This document shows positions 52,390 to 64,000 of a DNA stretch of 64,000 bases, piece after piece (position 1 is the first letter of the stretch; each line of letters begins with the position of its first letter). This stretch comes from the human T2T-CHM13v2.0 reference genome, Homo sapiens, in NCBI RefSeq assembly GCF_009914755.1, contig NC_060947.1. One strand, given 5' to 3'. The position numbers and the translations under genes were made by a program. A model generated the notes under the pieces. The model did not search any database. It was not told where the DNA came from and saw only the letters and a list, made by a program, of their open reading frames with translations.

Positions 52390-54385
52390 CTTATTTTTAA
52401 TTGACAAAAAAATTGTATATATTTATGGTGTACAACATGATGTTTTGAAATTATACACTGCAGAATGGCTGAATCATGCTAATTAACATATGCACTACCT
52501 CATACACTTATTATTCTTTGTTGTGATAACACATAAAGTCTATTTTCTTAGCAATTTGGGGATACACAATAAGTTGTTATTAACTATAGTCACCATGTTG
52601 TACAACAGGCCCTTTGAAATTATTCCATCTAGCTAATCGCAATTTTGTATCCTTTGACTAGCATGTCCCCAGTCACTGCCTCCACCCCAGCCCCTGATAA
52701 CCACCATTCTGCTTTATGCTTCTATGAGTTTGATGTTTTAAGATTCCACGTATAAGTAAGATCATGTGGTATTTGTCTTTCTGTGCCAGGCTTATTTTAC
52801 TTAACATGATGCTCTCCAGGTTCATCCTTGTTATCACGATTGACAGAATTTCCATGTTCCAAAAGGCTGAATAGTATTCCATTGTGTATATATACACTCC
52901 ATTTTATTTGTCTATTCACCCCTTGATAGACACTTAGGTTGACTCAATATCTTGGCTATTGTGAATAATCTGCCGTGAACATTGCACTGCAGATATCTCT
53001 TCCACATAATAATTTTATTTTCATTGGATATGCACACAGTAGTAGAATTGCTGGATCATATATTAGTTTAGTTTTTAATCTGAGGAAGTTCCATACTGTT
53101 TTCCACAATGGCTGTACTAAATTACTTTCCTACCAACGGTGTGTAAAGATTCCCTTTTCTCCATATCCTCGCCAAAGCTTGTTATATTTTGTCTTTTTGA
53201 TAATAACCGTTCTAACGGATGGGAGATGATATCTCATTGTGGTATTAATTTTCATTTCCCTGATAATTAGTGATGTTGAGAATATTTTCATATACCTATT
53301 GGCCACCTGTATTTCCTCTTTTTAGAAATGTCTATTCAGATCCTTTCCTCATTTTATAAATCAGATTATTTGTTTCCTTACTATTGAGTTGCTTGGATTC
53401 CTTATATATTTTGGGTATTAACCCTTGATTAAATGTGCAGTTTGCAAATATTTTCTCTCATTCTGTAGGTTGTCTCTTCACACTGTCATTCGTTTCTTTT
53501 ACTGTGCAGGAGCTTTTTAGTTGGATACAATCACATTTTTCTATCTTTGCTTTTGTTTCCCATGTTTTTGGGTTTATATACAAAACATCATTGCCAAGGC
53601 CAATGTCATGGAGTCTTTCCACAATGCTTCCTATCGTAGTGTCACAGTGTAAAGTCTTATATTTCTTATATTTAAAACTTTATTTTGACTTGCTTTTTGT
53701 ATGTGATGTAACATGCAGTCTAATTCCCTTCTTCTGCATGTGGATATCCAGTTGTTGTTAACATTACTTAATAAAGAGAGTGTCCTTCCCCCACTGTGTG
53801 TTCTTGGCATCTTTGTGAAAAACCAATTGACTGTAAATGCTCATATTGATTTTGCAGCTCTCTATTGCGTTCCATTGGTCTATGTGTCTGTCTTTATGCC
53901 AGTACCATGTTATGTTGGCAACTATAGCGAGAGTGAGCATCCTTGCCTTGTTCCTGATATTAGAGGAAATGCTTTCAACTTTCCCCCATTGAATATGATG
54001 TCAGCTGTGGGTTTTTGTTATATAGCCTTTATTGTATTGAGGTACATTCCTTCTATACATAATTTGTTGAGAGTTTTTAAAATGAAAGCATGTAGAATTT
54101 TGTCAAATGATTTTTTCTGCATCTATTGAGATGATCATATAGATTTTGTCCTCCATTCTGTTAATGTGGTATATCACAATTTTTTAATTTGTATATATTG
54201 AACCTTCCTTGCATCCCAGAGGTAAATCCCACTTGATCATAGTGAATGATTCTTTTAATGTGCTGTTGAACGTGGTTTGCTAGTATTGTGTTGGGGATTT
54301 TTGCATATATTTTCATTAGGGATATGGCCTGTAATGTTCTTTTCTTGTAACGTCTTTGTTTGGCTTTGTTGAATATGACTGTTGA
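52390..54385 (-). mobile_element. L1MA6/7-like fragment with an internal deletion near 53925
   Basis: L1MA 3' UTR (TTGTATATATTTATGGTGTACAACATGATGTTTTG) and ORF2 remnants ([15 protein letters not shown]). Confidence 0.88.
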
Positions 54386-55008
54386 CATAGTAAAAAAAAA
54401 AAAAAAAAAAATACAAGGGGAAAACAGAACAATATGAGCTGAGGATTTGAGGAAACAGGTTTCTCCTAGAGGCTAGATTAGATATCCCTGTGTGGGGAGG
54501 AAGGAGGCATTGTCGTATTCCAGAGCCAGAGTTTCAATACTCTACTTCCCAGGTGAAGCTGTGGGGAGGCACAAAACCCAAGAGAATAAGTGGCTGTGTA
54601 GTCAGTCTAGACACGTGGGGCCTTAGAGAGAGCCTCATAGGGACTTATCCAACTCAAAGTAGTAGAAAGGCATCAGAAAGAGTCCTGTGTGCCAACACTA
54701 GACCTAAAGGGGTTTTATGGGTGGAGCAAAGGTCATCTCATAAGCACCTTATCTGTACTGATGAGGCCACAATTGTCTCAAGGAGTGTCTTCATGGACAA
54801 AGGAGCGTCTGCAAGGACAAATGCCATCAAGGTTAATATGTGCCCTCTACCCTGCAATGTCTTGAGTAGATTTTAGCATTCTAAAACTTAGATGTCACTC
54901 AATGGCAAAGGGAACCCCGACATTTTCAAGATGGTTTATTTAAGGCAAAGGGACTGACAGCTGAAAATTGAAACTGTGTTCAATCATAGAAAAAACAAGT
55001 AAGGTTGA

Positions 55009-55075
55009 ATATACATATATATATACACATATATATGTATATATATATGTGTATATATATATACACACACATATG
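55009..55075. repeat. (TA)n/(CA)n microsatellite
   Basis: Directly visible. Confidence 0.9.
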
Positions 55076-57401
55076 CACAACTGAACATGTGGAATGAGAT
55101 TATACTAGCTTCAGAAATCTGATGCTGTTAGCATTTTCTGAGCTTATTGAGCTTATTTTCCTTTTCTTCTTCTCTGGTATTTGGTAAATTTCTTTTTGGA
55201 ATATTGGCCTTTGTCAACCCTTCAGTGGGGCTGAAGGATAGAACAAGGTACTTAAGGTGCCAACCTTGTAATTGATCAGTTTCTTAAGAGAACTCTCAGG
55301 GAAGATGAATCTCAGGATAAATGTCTTCCAACCAACTGATTCTCTGTCTTCCATTTCACCCTCATTGTGTGAATGGCTATAGTAATAGACAAGGCTATAT
55401 TTGATAGAGTTATACAAGACAAACAATACTTTACCCTTATGTAAAATACCCACATTCTTAAAGAGGATGCAAAGATGTCAATTAACATGTACAGAACTTA
55501 TTACAATGGAGTCTGAGAAGTGCCTCGATAGATATAGCACAAGATGTTACTGAAGTATGTGAAGGAACAATAAAAGCTATGCAACACACCCAGTCATAAA
55601 GAAGCCTCGTCTAGATAGGCTTTTATTTTCTCTTGTTGTCAATGTATATGTATATATCCATGTGTAACTGGGGTATTTTACATGTTTTTTGCTTTCTTAC
55701 ATATTTTTGCTACAGATCTTGGATGTAACCAGTAAGATCTCCTCAACCCGAATATCTATAATAATAATTTGAGGGTTTCTTAATGTGAAGCTTTATGATA
55801 ATGACAAGAAGGTCTGTTGAGAATAACTGTTCCCCCACTCTGGACTGATGATCTCAGTACCTTAGTCTATATAATTATCTATAATCACCTCTGTCGGGGC
55901 TGCAGAGGGCCCTGATTTCAGTCTACAGCATGGTGAGAGGAATATTTCCCATCTTTTCTGAATCAATTCGCCTGTTCCATGAGGTTTTGTTTGCATGGGA
56001 ATATTTACATCTTCTTTGTCTTCATTAATTACTAATCTTGGAGAGTTCTTAACCCTTGCTGACCAGCCCTGGTGATGACTACATGATACCATGACTCTCC
56101 CCATACTTAACCTGAATGCTACAAGGTTGATGTCCATTTTCTCTGAAATTTGCAATAGTAGAAAGCGTTGTCTAACATTTGTTGAGCACATACTATGTGT
56201 GAGAATCTCTTCTACGCATACAGATACATTAATTCTTTTACTATTCATCACACACTATGTGTGGTTCTCTTATGTGAGAAATTCCCTTTAACTTCAATTG
56301 AAACTGAAAATAGATCCCTGGTTTTGCTGTCATGACGTTTCATAGTTAATATCATTAAACACTCCCATAAGCAAGCATAGTTCAGGACTTGAGTGTACTC
56401 ACTTCACGTGCAATATTATGCAGAAGATACCAGGAATAGCCATCCCTGGAGGTGTCAGAGTATGTTTCATAAAGAAAGTCAAAGTTTCAACTTTGACTTC
56501 AGTGGTGACTAGCAATTTGATATGAAGGTGAGGATAAGAACAGCCCAGTAGAGGGAGCAGTATGTATAAAAAAAAGTTCCCAGATCATGAATGGTTGGCA
56601 CGTTTTAAGAATGGCAAACGTTTGTTCCATTGCATGCAGCAAAGAAGGTTTTGTTGGAGATGCATGCGTTTGAAGCATGCACACTCTGAGGCTGATTAAT
56701 CAAAGCAAGCCACTTACCAGTGAGTGAGCCTAGGTTGCTGCCCAATCATGTGCTTCTCTATTCACTCTTACTCACACAGTAGCTATCAAAGAGTTACGAA
56801 AATGAAGTTTCTCTGTGAAAAAAAAAAAGGCTCTAAAATAAAGCCAAATTCTAGAGCTGGTGATGGAAATGAGGAGTTTAATAAAGTCATGTTCTTTAGT
56901 TCTAAAATCGAAATTTTGAGCAAAATAAATGATTGTGTGAATTCAGTGGCAATTTGAACTTCTGGCATGAACAAGTCTACTAAATGCTTAGTATGGAAAC
57001 AAGAAAAAGTAATTCATAAAGCTATTCATCATGCACCCCAGTAACAATTCGGAGAAATTGGAAAAAATGGTATTTAATTTTGGGTTAGATGTTTTAGTTA
57101 TTTTTATTGCATTTTAAAAGGGAAATTATTTGCTTTAGTGGCTTGCAAGGTAAATATTTTTAGTCTTAGACTCGATTCCTCAAAAATGTATAGTATCTAC
57201 TTTAATCCAATTTTATGTCTCACAAAATATTAACTCCAAACTGTTTTCCAAGCTTTTACAGGATCCCAAGATGTATTATTTATGATAAATGCTTAATATT
57301 ATGTTGTAGCAATTTAATTCTTGCAATTTACTGAACAAGTCTTTGGCTAAGAATTTAAATTTTTACAGTTTTTTGGCCACAATAAATAACATGACCATGG
57401 A

Positions 57402-59405
<2,004 letters not shown>

Positions 59406-60393
59406 ACCATGGACATGTTAATAAAGCAATCTTACATAGCTTCGCTGCTTTGATTAGTCACTTAGGGTAAATTTCCATGTGGGGAATTGTTGGGCCAGAG
59501 GGTATAATTATTTTATCTACCCTGATATACATCACCAAATTATTCATTGAAAGGATTATGCTAGTCATAAATAAGCATATTTCTTTTCAGTCTTTCCAGG
59601 ATTGGGACTTATTTCATTTATTTTTTTCTTCTCTTCTGTACAAAAATTTGCATCTCATGTTTGTTAAATATTGCATTTCTTTAACCCCTTAACCAAGTTG
59701 AACTTATTTGTTATGTATATTTACTATTTGTATTTCTTGTGAGAACTGACACTTCAAGTCAATTGCTAATTTATTGCCTGGGAAGTTGGTGTTATTACTT
59801 ACATTTCTTCATTCATGTGATTCTCATCTAGGCAGTTACCAGAATTACATATCATATTTTGCATTCATAGACACAGTTTAAATGAATAACTCTTGTCCAC
59901 TGGCTATTTTACACATTAGTTTGTCTCTGAAATGGAAAAGTATGTAGAAGGTTGAGGACAAACAGTATATAAACCAAAAAATGCTATCATTAAAGAAGCT
60001 AATAACTGATGAAGAGTAATCCATAGTCTGTGATTCAAGAAAATATAAGAAAATTATGGCAAGTTTGATGGGTTACTTTAGAGTTGAATATTCAGATTCA
60101 GTTCCCATAAGTATTCAAATATGAAATTACCTATTTGAAGCTTAGTTAAAATGAAGATTTCTTTGGACAATTTCAAAGCATGCTGTTTTTATAAGTGGTC
60201 TTAGAGTCACCTAGGTATAGTTGAAAACTTAGCTGTTTTCTATAAATATTTCATGAACAGACTTTTCTAGGCTATTCTGGCAACTGTGGTTAAATAGGAT
60301 CAACGTTTCAAACAATGTTAGTATTTATGAATTTTGTAACTGATTTCAGTTTGTTTTATAAAATAAGCAAGAGTTAGGGGTTCTTTTATATAA

Positions 60394-60719
<326 letters not shown>

Positions 60720-60874
60720 TATGTTATAAGTAAAATTTTTAATTACATAAGGAATATTTGTTATTATGATATAATGATAACAAAACAAGTTAAGGCACTA
60801 AAAGATAATATTCAGTATGAGGAGTACTATTTAACATTTGTTGAGCATGTACTCTGTAAAAATCTCCTTTAGGA

Positions 60875-61080
60875 GGGGAAGAGCAGACTCTGGGGTCTAT
60901 TTGGGGGTGGAGGGTAGGAGAAGGGAGAGTATCAGAAAAAATAACTATTGGGTATTAGGCTTAGTATCTGGATGATAAAATAATCTGTACAACAAACCCC
61001 CATGACCCGAATTTCCCTATATAACAAACATGCACATGTACCCCTGAACCTAAAATACAAGTTTTTCAAATAAAGAAAAA
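60875..61080 (+). mobile_element. L1PA13-16-like 3' end inserted in a MIR
   Basis: ATAATCTGTACAACAAACCCCCATGAC...CACATGTACCCCTGAACCTAAAAT. Confidence 0.85.
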
Positions 61081-62298
61081 ATATCTTTTAGGCATTATGC
61101 ATGTATTAATTATTCTAAGACTCATTACAACACTTTAAGGAAGGTATTGTTGTTTATAGATTTATAAATGAATTTATAGATGAAAAACCTGAGGCACATA
61201 AAACTTAAACTTGAGAAAAATATTACAACAGATATATTTAGATGGTGAGTATATACAAAATCTATTCCCCTACTTTCCATTTTTCTATCGTTTTCAAATT
61301 TTCTAGAATGAATATGCATTCCTTTTATACTGGTAAAAATAGAGTATACTTTTAAAAGCATTTGCGTCTTTCATGCTTACAAGGGCACATTTAGCTTCAC
61401 ACATGTTCAAATAGAAGACAAGTGTCAGTTTCAGCCATCCAGATAGGCTTTTGAGTAGTCACTACCTGTGTATTTAGTTTTACCCACAGGGCACAGAGAC
61501 AGAATAGTCAACATAAGAAAAAGCTGTCCTTTTCCTTTATGAAATAATAAGGAAAGAAAGATATAAGACCTGATCGATCTCATAAGAAGAGTGTGCAATC
61601 TCCTTGTGAAACCAACAAGAAAATTGTCGTTAGGCAGAGTTTTTCTTGGAGAAAAGGAAAACAATAGTTTGCTGCAAATCCCAGCTGAAAATATAGGATG
61701 TCACAAAGATTTTTTTTAGACCTTATGTTTATGTCAACTGCAGTGAATATACGCCCCCTTTCATTCTCAAAAGTGAAGGCTTTGAATTCAGAGTCTTTTT
61801 TACAACACAGTTAACTCTAGCAAAAAGACAAGTGACCACCTAAAAAGGCACACACATAATGTTATAAAAACAGTTTAGTTCCATTCATCTGACAAGCAAT
61901 TATTGAGTGTATAACATGCGCAAGGTGCAGGGAGTGCTAGGAACTAAGAATATAAAGATAAATAAAACATACTCCTTGGCTTATGAGAGGTTTTTACCTA
62001 GTGGGGATACAGACATGCAAGCAGTGCATTTTAGAATGATGGCGTAGGTGTAAGAGAAGCTTTCAAACAGCTGCTCTTTTTGTGACATGCAAGAGAAATG
62101 GGATAAACATATACCCTCAAGGGATTACAGTTGCTACTAGATACGAAGACCTCCTTTATGGACTAGCTGTGTGCCTGCTCTGTAAACTCTGTGAAGGCAA
62201 GGACCGTGCCTATTTTGCTCTTTGTTATATCTGACCTTAAATACTAGGAATAACAACTTTGCTGCTTCCCTCTCTGATCCTCAGATGTTTCTACTAGA

Positions 62299-62480
62299 AC
62301 AAGTGTTGGCAAATTATTGGACAAATCTGGCCCTGTTTTCATATGGTTTACAAGCTAAGAATTGTTTCTACATTTTAAATGGTTATATGTACCTATGTAA
62401 TGCCCTAGACTTTTATCCCACAAAGCCTAAAATATTTACTATCTGGCCCTTTTACACTAAAAGTTTGCCAACCTCCATGT
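62299..62480. mobile_element. MER58-type DNA transposon among L2 fragments
   Basis: GTTGGCAAA / TTTGCCAAC inverted ends; AAAGCCTAAAATATTTACTATCTGGCCCTTT. Confidence 0.75.
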
Positions 62481-62989
62481 TGGAAATCGGAAAGCAGAGA
62501 TGGTGAACAGGTGGTGAACAGCTCCACTCCACACTGTCAGTTCTTGCTACATAAAAGGAGTTGAATCTGTAATATATTTAGAGGAAATCTTAACCAACAG
62601 TAAGGAGAAATAAAGAGAACAATATTGTCCCAGACAGCCAGTGAGTCTCTTAGAAGTCATTGACTCTACGTAAAGGCCTTGGTTAGACTGAGCTTTTGAA
62701 GTACAAGAAAAGGCATGAGTTATTTCTTTTCTGTATCTTTCACACCCAGCATATAGGGTCTGGCAAATTTTAGGCACTCAGTAAATCTTTGGCGGATGAA
62801 TGAATAAATGAATTTATGAATCAAAGAGGAGAAAATTACTTTACATTTTAATTTAGCCTGCACTGAAATTTACTATTCAGCTTTACTGATTTTCAAGGCT
62901 TACAAAATGTGATAGCCCTGACGATCTATTCTAACCTGATATCACTAGTTGTGCCAAGTCTTAATACCTCCCTCCTTTCCCTCCTCCTT

Positions 62990-64000
62990 CTTGTCGTTGT
63001 TGTTGTTGTTGTTCTTCTTCTTCTTCTTCTTCCTTTTTCTCCTTTCAGTTTTTAAAAGGAAGATTGGCCGGGTGCAGTGGCTCACGCCTGTAATCCCAGC
63101 ACTTTTGGAGGCTGAGACAGGCAGATCACCTGAGGTCAGGAGTTCGAGACCAGCCTGGCCAACATGGGGAAACCCCATCGCTACTAAAAATACAAAACTT
63201 AGCCGGGCGTGGTGGCATGCTCCCATAATCCCAGCTACCCAGGAGGCTGAGGCAGGAGAATCACTGGAACCCAGTGGGCAGAGGCTGCCTTGAGCCGAGA
63301 TTGTGCCACTGCACTTCAGGCTGGGCGACAGAGCAAGACTCCATCTCAAAAAAAAAAATTAAAAAAAAGAAAGATTTATTTGACAAGTTTCTTATGGTAT
63401 AATATACCTAGAAGAAAATCACAATACAATGAAAGATTAAAATCGAGGCCTAAGAATTTCATATAAACACCAAGACCACAATCCTAAAGTATTGGTATTG
63501 GATCTCTAATTTTTTCCCATTAACTTAAATAAAGCTTAAACAAACATGCCCTACAGGTTATTAAATGAAACTAGAATTAAAAAACGTGCCAAAAATTTTT
63601 ACTTTAATTCCAGACACAGCTCTTATATTGAGTTTTATGAAAAAAAAAAAAGCATGTATTTCAACATGCATCCAAACTGTGTTCAATGTAACGTGGTATA
63701 AGGGCAACAACTAACTTAATTCAACTGCTTTAACCTAAATACATTTACTGCTTCAGTACATTGTACAATATAACTAACTTGAGAAAAACGAAAACTTTTT
63801 TAACAGTTATAGTTTACTCGACTTCACTGTTACATCCTAGAGGAGTACTGTGTTCAAAAACATTGAGCCTTAATTAAGTCTGCAGAACAATCCTGATTTC
63901 CACTTAGAGAGTAAGCATAAACCACGAGCTTGTACTTCAAAAACTGTTAAACTGAAGTTTTTTTCTTAGAAAAAAGTTGGCCAAGAGTCCGTGATGAGGA
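62990..64000 (-). pseudogene. HNRNPH1-like processed pseudogene: 3' UTR and decayed poly(A) tail, continuing beyond the window
   Basis: The minus strand matches the HNRNPH1/H2 3' UTR as recalled (AACTTCAGTTTAACAG, CTAAGTGGAAATCAGGATTGTT, CTAGGATGTAACAGTGAAG, AAACTTGTCAAATAAATC..CCTTTTAAAAACT), followed by an A-rich (GAA)n(CAA)n tail. Confidence 0.85.
63066..63364 (+). mobile_element. AluS (Sx/Sz-like) inserted in the pseudogene 3' end
   Basis: Full dimer; TSD AAAAGGAAGATT / AAAAGAAAGATT. Confidence 0.95.

Noticed and set aside
56103-56114. ATACTTAACCTG resembling the U1 snRNA 5' end
   Set aside because: Similarity stops after about 12 nt; no U1 body follows.

Overview
Primate, most likely human, genomic DNA (Alu, L1, L2, MIR, LTR and DNA-transposon repeats). 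It holds one protein-coding gene, SLITRK4 (minus strand, Xq27.3 from memory). The single coding exon is 19873-22386 (837 aa), preceded by a CpG-island promoter with non-coding first exons at about 24.9-27.4 kb and followed by an inferred 3' UTR of about 5.8 kb ending near an AATAAA at 14088-14093. The last 1 kb is the 3' end of an HNRNPH1-like processed pseudogene that continues beyond the window. The other ORF-track entries are repeat-derived, low-complexity or antisense shadows. Best leads: (1) a candidate minus-strand transcription unit made of an internally deleted L1 with its 5' promoter and a perfect splice donor, followed by a well-defined 95-nt exon with RBFOX motifs, all co-oriented with SLITRK4; (2) a co-oriented MLT2A LTR with a consensus DUX4 site and an intact donor about 5 kb upstream of the promoter; (3) a 3' UTR rich in regulatory motifs (A41 tract, Pumilio sites, class II ARE, miR-124/miR-139 seeds); (4) a 1.3 kb palindromic AT-rich array. 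Repeat subfamily names and boundaries were read by eye from remembered consensus sequences and are approximate. None of the transcript hypotheses can be confirmed from sequence alone.
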